The notes beneath the pieces are model-generated. The model saw only the letters and a list, made by a program, of their open reading frames with translations. It was not told the DNA's origin and ran no database searches. The position numbers were made by a program, and so were the translations under genes. A stretch of 64,000 nucleotides of DNA from contig NC_086097.1 in assembly GCF_963921235.1 (NCBI RefSeq), positions 212,724,001 through 212,788,000 on the forward strand. The letters are read 5' to 3'. This DNA comes from Mobula hypostoma (Eukaryota). How positions within the stretch are numbered: the first letter of the stretch is position 1; every line of letters begins with the position of its first letter. Below are positions 12,395 to 24,587 of this stretch, piece by piece.

Positions 12395-13954
12395 TGATTA
12401 AGCATTTCTGTTCTTTTAAATAATTCATTACAGGTTATATGTAAAAATATGTTAATTGCTTATGTCGTCGTGCTGCCACATGATACATGTGTGCCTCGCT
12501 TAAACTCGAAGTTATGCCCGTATTTTTGGACTCCAATCTTCATTTGAATTACTTTAATTTTTTTGAAGTTACCATGCTTAACAAAGAGAAATAATAATAC
12601 TGATAACACAAGTTGTAAGAAGTCTTGTAGGTCGTAGAATAAGTTCAAAGAGGTGGTGTGTGAAAATATCCATTCTGGTTTAGGACCTTAACGGTTGTAG
12701 TCTAAAACCTGTTCCTGAATCTGGTGCTGTTGGACCTAAGGCTTCTGTATCTCCAACCCAATGGTAGTAGTGATAAGAGAGCATAGCCTGAATGGTGGAG
12801 GTCTTGATGATGGACGCTGCTTTTTTGTGGTAGCGTTCCAAGTAAATGTACTCAATGGTGGAGAGGACTTTGCCTGTGATGGACTGGGCTGTATCTAGCA
12901 CTTTCTGTAATCTTTGCTTTTCCTGGGCATTGGTGTTTCCATACCAGGCCATGATGCAACTGGTTGGGATACTCTCCACTGTGCATCTATAGAAGTTTGA
13001 CAAAGATTGTGGTGACGTACAGAATCTTCTTAAACTTCTAAGAAATTACAGGAGGCACTACTGTGCCGTTATTGTGATTGTCCCAGGACAGAATATGTTA
13101 ATGGCAAAGAATGTAAAGCTTCTGACCTCTAATCCCCTAACAAGGACGGGCACATAGGCCTTCAGCTTCTTCCTCCTTCTGTCAATAATCAGCTCCTTGG
13201 TTTTGCTGATATTTAGTGAGAGGTTGTTGTTATGGCACCGCTCAACCGGATTTTCAATCTCCCTGCTATATGCTGATTTGGCACTACCTTTGATTAGGCC
13301 AACAACGGCGGTGTCACTGGAAAATTTAAATATGTCATTGGAGCTATACTTAGCCTCACAATCATTCATACGAAGTGAGGAATGCAGGGGGTTAAGCACA
13401 CAGCCTTTTGAAGCACCAGTGCTAATGGTGAGTGTCGAGGAGATATTGTTGCCTATCTGAACTAAGTGGGGTCTGCCAGTTGCAGAGGAAGGTCTCAAGG
13501 CCCAGGTCTTGTATCTGAGCTGTAGTCAATGAAGACCATGCTGACATATGCATCTTCATTAGCCAGGTGTTCTAGAGCTGAATGAAGAGCCAATAAAATG
13601 ACATTTGCTGTTGACCTGTTGTAACAGAAGGCAAATTGAAGATCACTCCTTGAGCAGAAGTTAATATTCTTCATGACCTTTCTCTTGAAACACTTCCTCT
13701 CAGTGGATGTAAGTGGATGAGGCAGGTAACCACATTCTTTCTGAGCATAGTATGATTGATGCCCGCTTGAAACAGATGGGTATCTCAGACTGCTGAAGCA
13801 AGAAGTCAAAGATGTCCATAAACACTCCCGCCAGGTGATTGGCACAGGTCTTCTGCACTCAACCAGGTTACGCCATCCGGATCTGATCCTTTCCATTGCT
13901 TCATCCTCCTGAAGGAAGCTTTTCCATTGGCCTCAGAGACTGAGTTCACAGCGT
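12114..13954 (-). mobile_element. Rex1/Babar LINE fragment (RT and 3' UTR), degraded
   Basis: Minus ORFs LTSTERKCFKR...LQFAF..NRSTA, GASKGCVLNP...FKFSSDTAVVG and NFYRCTVES are Rex1-type RT motifs. Confidence 0.85.
12321..12583. mobile_element. Candidate solo LTR (263 bp) inserted in the Rex1 3' UTR
   Basis: TGTT...AACA ends. Flanks AAGAAA/AAGAGA look like a TSD with one mismatch. Contains a (TA)n tract. Confidence 0.5.
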
Positions 13955-15956
13955 TGTAGTGTGAGCAATATTAAAAGTAAGTTAATACTAATTAGGACAA
14001 TGGTGGGGGGGGTTTACTTCTGTTCTTTTTGCTTCTTGTGTGCTTGGTATATAGTGTTCCTGCCATGCCGTACGGGTTGTGAAAACCTCTGTATGTACAT
14101 AACGGTTTTGAAGTTCGTGATAAAGTTTTTTCTTGGGCATGAAGTTGTCGAGTGTGCCTTTTTCAAAGTAGAAGTTACTACATATTTTTGGCGATGAGGT
14201 AAACTGGTTTTGTGGACGTGTCGGCACGTTTCAAACTGGAGCAGCATCGCTGGTAAGGGGCCTCACGTTCAGATGGCTACATTTGGGACTATCGGTGATG
14301 TTCTGGAAGGGAACAAGGACTGGATGGAGTATGAGGAAAGGTTGGGACACCTTTTCTATTCTCCAGAGTGTGTGTGGGGCGAAGACTTACAAGCTAATAA
14401 GGAATTTAGCCACACCACGGAAACCGGGGGACATTCCATATGACGAACTGGTCAAGCTCGTGGGGAACCATTACAATCCGAAACCTTCTGTGATAGTCCA
14501 ATGGTGTAAGTTTCACAGCCATTTCAGGAAGCCAGGTCAGTCTGTGGCCAGTTTCGTGGCCGAACTTAGGCAGCTGTCGGAGCATTGTGATTTCGGAGTG
14601 GTGTTGGAAGACATACTCCGTGATGGATTGGTATGCGGCATTAATAATGACGACATACAATGCCGCCTATTAGGGGAAACCCCACCGTAGACTTTCAAGA
14701 AGACCTTAGAGATTGCCCAAGGCATGGTGATGGCTGCTAATAATGCCAACGATATCCAGAAAGGACATGAGGGGGTCGCAGTCGGCAGCAGTGCACCAAG
14801 TCAGGAGGGAGACAGATAAACAGGCAAAGCGGGTGGAATGTTTCCAGTGTGGAGGGACGCACTATGCAAATGATTGCAAATTCAAAGACACTGTCTGTCA
14901 TGCTTGTAACAAAAAGGGACATTTAGCTAAAAAGTGCAGAAGTTCAAAGGGTAAGATTAAGCCTGGGCGGGGGAAAGCTCAACAGGCTCAGGCAGCCACA
15001 CACCATCTAGAAGAAGCAGATGAAGAGGCAGCGTGTGCCTACGACATGTTTGCAGTGGAAACAGATGAGGAACCACCTGAACCATATTATGCCACAGTCA
15101 CTGTCAGGGGAAAGGACATTAAGTATGAGATTGATTCAGGGGCTACTGCATCGGTCATTAGTGAGGAGACCTACAGGAGGACATGGGGGTCCAACCTGCC
15201 TCCCATTAGACTGTCAAGGCTCAAACTTAGGGCCTATACGGGGCAGCCCATACCTCATTTAGGGGTGTTATACGCGGACATTTCAGCCGGGAGTCAGAAG
15301 GCTGAAGCCAGGCTACTGATAGCTAAGGGCAGGGGGCCCAGTCTTTTGGGTCGCAATTGGCTTCACAAAATCCAGCTAAACTGGCATGAAATTAGGTATG
15401 CACACACGACGGAGGACATTCTGCAGTGGTACTGTGACGTTTTCAGGGACGAGCTGGGAACACTGAAAGGTGTGACAGTGAAACTCCATGTCGACCCTGA
15501 GACCTCACCACGTTTTTTTAAGCCCAGGTCGGTGCCCTATGCCTTGAAAGGCAAAATTGAGGAGGAGCTGGAACATCTACAGAGGCTGGGCATCATTGAG
15601 CCCGTCCAGTTTTCAAGGTGGGTGGCTCCCATTGTTCCAGTATTGAAGGCAGACAAAACGGTGAAGATATGTGGGGATTATAAACTTACGGTGAATCAGG
15701 TCTCTAGGCTGGAGGACTACCCATTGCCACGGGTTGATGACCTGTTTGCGACCCTGTCAGGGGGTAAGCTGTTCACAAAGCTGTACGTGAGCCACACCTA
15801 CCAACAGCTGCTGCTCGATAAGGATTCAAAGGAGTATGTCACAATTAATATGCACAAGGGATTATTCAAGTACAATTGCCTAGTGTTTGGAGTGGCGTCC
15901 AGCCCTGCCATTTTCCAAAGGACAATGGACACTTTGCTGCAGGGGATTCCGCACGT
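13955..15956 (+). mobile_element. 3'-truncated Ty3/Gypsy element (5' LTR, PBS, gag with two CCHC-type knuckles, protease, partial RT)
   Basis: LTR 13955-14182 (TGTAGT...ACTACA) and PBS TGGCGATGAGG at 14189. Gag starts MATFGTIG at ATG 14273. Knuckles CFQCGGTHYANDC and CHACNKKGHLAKKC, protease IDSGA. RT ICGDYK...FGVASSPAIFQ breaks off just before YLDD. Confidence 0.9.
14189..14199 (+). promoter_or_regulatory. Primer binding site, tRNA-Ser(GCU)-like
   Basis: TGGCGATGAGG is TGGCGACGAGG (complement of the tRNA-Ser 3' end) with one CpG transition, and it follows the LTR end. Confidence 0.6.
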
Positions 15957-15981
15957 AAATTTTTTTAGGGAAAAGAAGTAA
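14273..15981 (+). pseudogene. Disrupted gag-pol of the truncated Gypsy element
   Basis: Frameshifted ORFs 14210-14443, 14283-14690 and 14743-15981 carry gag, zinc-knuckle, protease and RT motifs. Confidence 0.88.
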
Positions 15982-16026
15982 ATTTTCTTCCTTTATGTCA
16001 TCTGAGTGCATGCATCTGCATACATA

Positions 16027-16565
16027 CAGTACTGTGCAAAAGTCTGAGGCACATATATATAGCCATGGGGCCTAAGACTTTTGCATTGTACTGAATTTAT
16101 CAAGGTGGAGCAGAGACCGAGTTTGTAAATCTAGTGGGAGCCAAGGATGTTGGGAGTGGTGAGGGTGGAGCGCTGCAGGAGGTGTGTGGGACAGGTGGTA
16201 GAGAAGGAGTGCCAGAGCTGGGGGGGTTAGAGCAAGTAAAGACACAATCACCCCTGAGACACCAGGCAAGGTTATTTGATTCCAAACAATTGGTTTATTG
16301 ATCATTACAGAATGTCTTTTTGGTGCTTCCTGCTTCCTCCCCTGTCCCTAGCCCTTTTCCCTACCATGATTCCCCTCCCCTTACCCCCTTCCCACTCTCA
16401 GTCCACAATAGAGACCCGTATCAGAATCAGAATTATCATCACTCAATATGTCATAATTTTTTTGTGGCGCCATTACAGTGCAATACATAAAATTACTACG
16501 GTACAATGCCAAAGTCTTAGGCACCTTAGCTAAATATTTGTGCCTAGGACTTTTGCACGGTACTG
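16027..16565. mobile_element. MITE-like composite bounded by two ~67-bp palindromic units in inverted orientation
   Basis: 16027-16093 and 16499-16565 are each hairpins with CAGTACTGTGCAAAAGTC-like arms and are reverse complements of each other. TA lies on the left flank. Confidence 0.65.
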
Positions 16566-16585
16566 TCATTCTTGCAAACCAAATA

Positions 16586-16808
16586 ATAGAATCAGATTTA
16601 TTATCACCGGCATGTGTCATGAAATTTGGGGAGGTCCTTAATAATGGATGCTGCCTTTCTGAGACTCTGCTCCTTGAAGATGTCCTGGATACTTTGAAGG
16701 CTAGTACCCAAGATGGAGCCGACTAAGTTTTCGACCCTCTGCAGCTTCTCTCAGTCCTGTGCAGTAGCCCCCCCCCCATACCAGACAGTGATGCAGCCTA
16801 TCAGAATA
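16586..16808 (-). mobile_element. Short internally deleted Rex1 3' fragment
   Basis: The Rex1 tail (AATCAGATTTATTATCACCGG) is joined directly to a segment matching 11490-11680. Confidence 0.7.
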
Positions 16809-18017
16809 GCTGCCAAAAATTAAAACAGGAACACACATTAAGGTCTGAAAGCATCATGGCACCTTCTTGTTTGGAGATGAACAACTATCAACTACATACG
16901 TTACTGTGTAAATTTTATATATTATTATCTTCTGCTGCATAAGTCAGTGAAGTGATCATTAATTGACAAAATCTTTCAATAAGATTGGGAATCTCCACTC
17001 TTTAATAGAGCTTCTGATCTTCTCCCTGAATACAGTGGAAACTTCTTCTGACCCAATCATCTCAGAAACTGCTGTCTTCAGAACAACTTCTTAATTCAAT
17101 CTAATTATCTAAAGACAATCTGGGATCTTGTTCATACTTTGAGATCTGTAGTAATCAGTAACAGTTTCATGCATTTGGTTTGCATGTTGATGAGTAACTG
17201 ATCAATTTCCCAAAATGACCAGATATTGTCCTGTACTGTTCTCAAGCACAGCAAAAATCTACTTTGGTCCAAAATTGATGTCATGACTTCATTTCCAGGT
17301 ATGAAATTCCTGGTTCTAACTTTTGCCATGGCATTCCTTCACATTTAATTCTTTATTCTGTACTTTGCTTTTCAGATTAGCAATGCTAGTATCAAACGTT
17401 GACTTCAATTTCTTTATCTGCGGGAACCTGCTCAATTGTAGTCTGAATTGTAATGCTGTAACCAAACAGGAACTGAGTTAACTGGATTTAAATGTTGGCT
17501 CCTGGCATTTTCTTGATTCCTGTTTTGAATCTCTGATCAACTCTCTCTGCTGATACGTTAGAGGAAAGATGAAACAGACCACATAATTTGCCATTCTCCT
17601 TTGTTTCATGAGTCCTCTTCTGAAGCACCTTCTTTTGCCTGATACCATCAAGTGAAGTAATCCATGAACACCGAAACTTTGGATATTTTGCGTGCATTCT
17701 TGTAACGTCTTTCTTTCATTTAGTTTGCTCAATTTCACACTTATTCATACAAGCTCTGGTGCTGCAGACTTCTAAACCAGACACGAAACCATTCTTACCT
17801 GAATCTGCTTTGGGACAATGTTTTTTGCTGCTTGTTGCCTGTGTACACACTGACGTGGAACAACCAGTCTTCACTGTGTCAGTCCAACTGTTTGTGCAAT
17901 TTTCAGTGCATTGTGCAAGGTCAGGTTCACTGTATCTGAATCTGATTATCACTCTTCATACACCAACTTGTCTCATGTTTCTGGCAGTGTGTGTTATCGT
18001 AATTACAGACTTGTACG

Positions 18018-18263
18018 GAAAATGGAGACGAGGAGAAATTTCTTTAACCAGAGAGTGGTCAATCTGTGGAATTCATTGCCACAGGTGGCTGTGGAGGCCA
18101 AGTCAGAGGTTGATAGATGCTTGATTAGTCAGGATATGGAGGAATATGGGGAGAAGGCAGGAGATTGGGGCTGAGAGGGGAAACTGATAAGCCTTGATGA
18201 AATGGCAGAGCAGACTTGATGGGTCAAAATGGCCTAATTCTGCTCCTATATCTTATGGTCTTA
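18018..18263 (+). mobile_element. CR1 LINE 3' end fragment
   Basis: RRNFFNQRVVNLWNSLP followed by a 3' UTR ending TCTTATGGTCTTA. Confidence 0.8.
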
Positions 18264-18510
18264 CAGTAATAACATCAATTCTGCTACAAATTTAGTAACT
18301 ATTTCGTTAGTTTTTCTTAACCGTGTATCAAATTAAACCATTATACCATCTCACTTGGCTTTGGGTCAAAGAGGTTCTTCAATAAATCCACCAATTGCTG
18401 AATATTTATGTGTTTTTCTTGGCTCAGTATGTTTTGTATGGAAGTAGTGGCATTGTCCTACTCCATTGGACCCGACGCAGTAGCAATTGTACCACAATTA
18501 CACTGACACA

Positions 18511-19566
18511 TGTCATTCTTTTCAAACCTTTATTCTCTACTCATAGCATGCTATGGGGGAAGTTACAGACTGATCTCCCAAAAGAACCAGTCCAGAAACT
18601 GCCCCCGATATACACAATTCTCCACAATTTATAACATTGATCAGGTTGCAGGAAATCTTACGATTACAAGTTTAGACAATATTAGAATCATTTCAATCAC
18701 ATGCTAAGATACAATTAGATGTGAGATAATCATTTATCAGTTAGTTATAATTATTTTAAGCCAAAGCTAGCCCATCAGTTCCTCATTCGGACCCTTCCCC
18801 TTTTCTCCCAAACATTCTAGCCGTTACCTCATCCCTCCCATATTTTTAGCTGCTTCTGCAAGATCAGATAGTTCCTTATTTGAGCCTTTGCCTGTCTTTA
18901 GAGAACAATGACTAGTACGTCACCGGCTGCTGGGTAAAGTTTCTTTTTGACTGTCCAAAACAGTAAGCTAAGGCGCCCAGAAGGTGATTGATCATTAATT
19001 AACCATTGTCCTCTGTTTTTCCCCCTATTTACCTATCCCTTCATTCCATCATTCCCCCCTTTTTATCACTTTATGATAAACAATTAAACAGGGACTGAGC
19101 AAAGCATCATCAGTCTCTCCATGCAAAGTTGGCAGCCAGCATTCAGGCAGGTCATTATCAGACAGCAAGCAATAATTATAACAATGAGGATAATCCGCCC
19201 TTGCAGCAAATAAGACCCCCATGATCCTCCCTGCAACTACCCGAACCAGCCATTCCCCCTTCCCCAAACCTTGCCTGAAATCATCCAATTGTTTCTTAAT
19301 AGACTGAATGGCATGGGTCACGTTGTATGATTCGTCAGTGACTGAATGGCATGAGTCACGTTGTATGATTCGTCAGTTACATGGGTGATACATTCGTCTC
19401 CGACTATTGCGCACACCCCTCCCTGTTGGGCCAACTGATAATCCACAGCATACCTGGTCTGCTGTGCGTAGAGTCGCAACTCCACCAATTCTCTGTTAAC
19501 AGCCACGAGACCTCCCATCGTACTGTTTCCCAATGCAGCCAGCCCTCACCTGATGTAGTTAATTAG
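18511..19566 (-). mobile_element. Endogenous retrovirus remnant: env TM fragment, PPT and putative 3' LTR
   Basis: Env TM motif on the minus strand. PPT AAAAAGGGGGGAA (19052-19064) is followed by TG at 19051. TATA-like site near 18630, AATAAA near 18530 and a CA end at 18511. The far LTR boundary is tentative. Confidence 0.7.
19150..19566 (-). pseudogene. env: Retroviral env transmembrane subunit fragment (heptad repeat, immunosuppressive-like domain, CX6C loop)
   Basis: GLVAVNRELVELRLYAQQTRYAVDYQLAQQGGVCAIVGDECITHV resembles the gamma-type TM pattern LQNRxxLDxLLAxxGGxCxxxxxxCC. Frameshifted by a 38-bp tandem duplication. Confidence 0.8.
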
Positions 19567-20109
19567 GTTAGACCTCTGTTTGTGTTCATAATAAATACTG
19601 TTTACAGCATATAAATTTGACAATATTTATCCCATCTCAGGTGTTTGATAATCAAATGCTGCAACTGAACCTATTCTGAAGGACATTTCCTTTTCCTTAA
19701 GTTTTTAAACAGCTTTTAAAGACACTCTTTCCCTGCAAAATGTTATTCGAATAAAGATGTTTTTCTTTGGTACCACAAAGCCTTAGGAAAAATCTATTTC
19801 TCTTTGCTAACATACAAAAAACCATAAAGATTGAGGTTTTCCTCTTTCGGGAAATTATTTACTTGTTTTACGTCTGTTGTGTGTTCCTGTCTGCAAACAC
19901 AATCCTTCCAGAGGTCAGCCAAAATGGTGACTACCAGAGATCAAAACAATGATGCAGGATAAGCCTCCAGAGCAGAACAACTACTGTATATACATACATA
20001 CATTGTTATATGTGTACTATATATTTTATATCATACTACACTGTAGTGGCATTAGCAGTGGACCAATTGATTCACAGAGAGAGCAAGCTTAAATGTTTAG
20101 AAACTGAGT

Positions 20110-23100
20110 GTTTCACGGGAGCTGTACCAATGGGATGGGCTCCAGCTGAACCGTGATGGGACCTGGATCCCAGCGAATCGCATAACTAGGGCTGTGGATA
20201 GGGTTTTAAACTAAATATAAGGGGTTGGGTTCAACAGATTGGAGAAGTATGGATGAAGTAAAAAAGAAAAGTGTGGATAAAGATAAAGAAAAAACAAGAG
20301 ATAAAAAGAAAAGTAAGAGCGGAGTAAAGAAAAGTCAAGTGCAAAAGAGTAAAAGGTTACAAAATTTTAAAAGCACAATGAGTGTAAAGGCACTTTATTT
20401 GAATGCCCGTAGTATTTGAAGCAAGGTCAGAGAACTTGTGGCTCAAATTATTATAAAGGGGTATGATTTAGTGGCCAGTACAGAGACATGGTTGCAGGGT
20501 GGAGAGGATTTGGGAACTAAATATCCAAGGATATCAGGTAATATGGAAGGAGAGATAGGAAGGTAAAGGAGGTGGCTTAGCGCTCTTAATTAAAGATGAG
20601 ATCAGGGCAATAGTGAGAGACAATATAAGATCTAAGGAGCAGAATGTTGAATCCATCTGGGTAGAGTGTAGGAATAGTAAAGGGAAAAAAATACTGGTAG
20701 GAGTTGTCCATCAGCCACTGAATAGTAACATTATAGGGGCACAGGCAATAAACAGAGAAATAACTGAGGCATGTAACAATGGAACAGCAGTTATCATGGG
20801 GGACTTCAAATTACATATAGATTGGATGAATCAGGTTGGTTGAGGTAGTCTTGAGGAGGACTTCATAGAATGCATTTGTGACGGCTTTCTTGAACAGCAT
20901 GTTACTGAACCTACAAGGGAACATGGTATCTTAGATCCGATCTTGTGCAATGAGAGAGGTAAAATTAGAGATCTTGTAGTTAGGGATCCTCTTGGAAAGA
21001 GTGATCACAGTATGACTGAATTTCTCATATAAATGGAGGGTGCAATAGTTCAATCTAAAACCAATGTATTATGCCAAAACAATGGAGACTACAATGGGAT
21101 GAGGGAGGATTTGGCTAGAGTAGACTGGGAACACAGGTTATAAGGTGGGACAGTTGAGGAACAGTGGAAGACTTTGAAAGAGATTTTTCATGGTGCTCAA
21201 CAGAAGTATATTCCATTTAAAAGCAAGAACAGTAAGGGTGAGGAGATCCAGCCTTTGATAACTAAGATAATAAAATAAGGCATCAAATTAAAAGCTCGTG
21301 CATACAAAGTCGCCAAGAGTAGTGGGAAACTGGAAGATTGGAAAAACTTAAAAAGCAACAAGGTACCACTCAGCGAGCAATAAAGAAAGGGAAGCTAGGT
21401 TATGACAATAAACTAGCACAAAATATAAAAATGGATTGTAAAAGTTTTTATAATTATATAGAGCAGAAATGGGTGGCTAAAGTGAATGTAGGTCCCTTAG
21501 AGGACAAGAAGTAATGAGGAATGAGGAAATGGGCAAGGCTTTGAATGACTATTTTGTGTCAATCTTCATGGTGGAGGACACTTATAAAATGCCAGAGAGA
21601 TATTATGGATGTAATGGGAGGTGAGGACCTTGATACAATAGCTATCACTGAAGAGGTAGTACTGAGCAAACTTGTGGGCCTGAAGATAGATAATTCCCCT
21701 GGTCCTGATGAAGTACATCCCAAGGTACTGAAAGAAATGGCAAAAGTTATAGCAGAGGCTTTGGTGATGATTTACCACAATTCTCTGGACTCTGGGCAGG
21801 TCCCTGCGGATTGGAAGACCACTGATCCAAAGGATGTAGGCAAAAGGCAGGTAACTATAGGCCAGTTAATTTAACATCTGTAGTTGGGAAAATGCTTGAA
21901 GCTATCATTAAAGAAGAAATAGAGAGGCACCTGGAAAGAAATGGATCCATCAGGCAGACAAATGGATTCAGCAAAGGCAGATCTTGTCTGCAAACTTACT
22001 GGAGTTCTTTGAGGATATAATGAGTGCAGTGGATAGAAGGGAACAGATGGACATTAATTACTTGGATTTCCAGAAGGCGTTCGATAAGGTGCCACATAAA
22101 AGACTTATCCATAAGATAAGGATGCCTAGAGTTGGGAGTGATATATTGGTATGGAGTGAGGATTGGTTAACTAATAGAAAGCAGAGAGTTGGGATACATG
22201 GATGTTACTCTGGTTGGCAATCAGTGGTGAGCGGTGTGCTTCAGGGGTTGGTGATGGGCCTGCAACTGTTCACGATATACATTAACGATCTGGAAGAGGG
22301 GACTAGGTATAGTGTGTCTAAGTTTGCTGATGATACAGTACTAAATTGAGTGGAAAAGCAAATTGTGCAGAAGATACAGTGAGTCTACAGAGAGATATAG
22401 ATAGGTTAAGTGATTGACAAGAGTCTGGCAGATGGAGTACAATATTGGTAAATACGAGGTCACTTTGGGAGGGAAAATGAAAGAGCAGATTATTATTTAA
22501 ATGATAAAAAATTTGCAGCATGCTGCTGTGCAGAGGGACTTGGGAGTGCTTGTGCATGAATCGCAATAGGTTGGTTTGTAGGTGCAGCAGGCTATCAAGA
22601 AGGCAAATGGAATGTTGGCCTTCATTGCTAGAAGGATTGAATTTAAGAGCAGAGAGGTTATGCTGCAACTGTACAGGGTACTGGTGAGGCTGCACCTTTC
22701 CAGGTGCATGCAGTTCTGGTCTCCTTTCTTGAAGAAGGAGCTACTGGCTTTGGAGGCGGTGCAGAGGAGGTTCACCAGGTTGATTCCAGAGATGAGGGGA
22801 TTAGATTATGAGGAGAGATTGAATTGCCTGGGACTATACTTGCTGGAATTCAGAAGAATAAGGGGAGATCTTATAGAAACATATAAAATTAAGAAAGGGA
22901 TAGATAAGATAGAGGCAGGAAAGTTGTTCCCACTGGTAGATGAGACTAGAACTAGGGGGCATAGCCTCAAGATTTGGGGGAGTAGATTTAGGATGGGGAT
23001 GAGGAGGAACTGCTTTTCCCAGAGAGGATAGTAAATCTATGGAATTCTCTGCCCAATGAAGCAGTGAAGGTTACCTCAGTAAATATATTTAAGACAAGGT

Positions 23101-23266
23101 TGGATAGATTTTTGCATAGTAGGGGAATTAAGGGTTATGGGGAAAGGGCAGGTAGGTGGAGATGAGTCCATGGCCAGATTAGCCATGATCTTATTGACTG
23201 ATGGAGCAGACTCGATGGGTCAGATGGCCTACTCCTGCTCCTGTTTCTTATGTTCTTATGTTCTTA
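20110..23266 (+). mobile_element. Degraded, 5'-truncated CR1 LINE (end of ORF1, ORF2 endonuclease and RT, 3' UTR)
   Basis: KALYLNARSI, IMGDF, YLDFQKAFDKVPH and SKFADDT; many stops; tail (TTCTTATG)n at 23244-23266. Confidence 0.92.
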
Positions 23267-24587
23267 CATACACCCATATTATAGACTATGAAGAGAAGCA
23301 ACCTATCAAATTATTCATGGTAATGATACAAAAGAATTTTCTAATATTAGAGATGTATAAACTATGGCCAGGTGACGGTAAAGAGAAATTTCAATAAGAA
23401 AACCCCATAACCATATAGCTTTCATAAAAAATCAGTATGGATATAATATATACAATTAAGAAAGATTATTTCATTCAGTTGGACCACTTTATCATTTAGG
23501 TGAATGTTTAGTTTCTTGGACCTTTTCTTCTCTTGTATTCTGGCACTATGTCTGTATTCCCTGCTGTGTTGTAAATCCAAATTAATGGATACATATTACG
23601 ATCAGTTTACAATGTAATTGCCAATCAGAAGCCTGAATTCAATGTTCAGGATTGATGAAGTGTGCTGTTCTTCCCTGTGTAACATCTCATGTATGTGCTC
23701 CTCTATGTTTTACAACAAAATTATTAGCTTTAAAAAAGGGTAATGTGGCCATCTTCCAATATCATATCTTCGATTATTACTTAACTCGTGAACCTGGATA
23801 ATAGGCAAACTTTCTATTCTGTTGGAATTTGAATGGTAATTGATTTATTTTTGTCACATACAGTGAAAATCTTGTATCTGAATCTGAAGTAAATGTGTAC
23901 ATACTTTTTAACAAATTTCACTAAAACAAAGTCATCTTGGTCTAACTTTTAGTTTCTCTTCATTCTGCTGCACCAGGATGTAACACCTGTGTAGTGCTCG
24001 TCTTATCTGTTGTAACTGGTCACGGCATACTTTATGAGAAAAATCAAATTACACAGTAGTACACTAGGTGCTAGTGGGCCATCAGAAGCTCTAGGTATTG
24101 GAAGGAGATAATGAATAGGAAACACACCCTTCTAGAGGTAAGTTTGTTTTTAAAAATAGCAATATATACCTGTACAAAATATTGACATGTGTAAGCACAA
24201 TTCAAAATTCCAACATCCTGTCTTAGGTTCCAAGTCTCAAATATCAATGAAAACCAATTTATTTTTTAGGTAGAATCAGTGAGATACATTATAATAACCT
24301 TCATAATTCCAATTTCTCTAATTAGATATAATGTTATTTCCTATTTAAAGGTTTACAGACTATCAATTGCCTTTCTATTTATCTCTAGTTAGTTAGGAAA
24401 CTGAATTCCTATTCCTAAGTATTGTGGTTAACCTCCGTTTCATTTTCAGGTCAGTATGTCTGTAAATTCAAGTTCAACACCAAAAAACTATATATTTTTT
24501 TCAAAATCACAACTTTACCTGGTAAGGCTTTGAAAACCTTTGCCAACCAACTAGCGGGAATATTCAAGGACATTTTCAACCTCTCAC

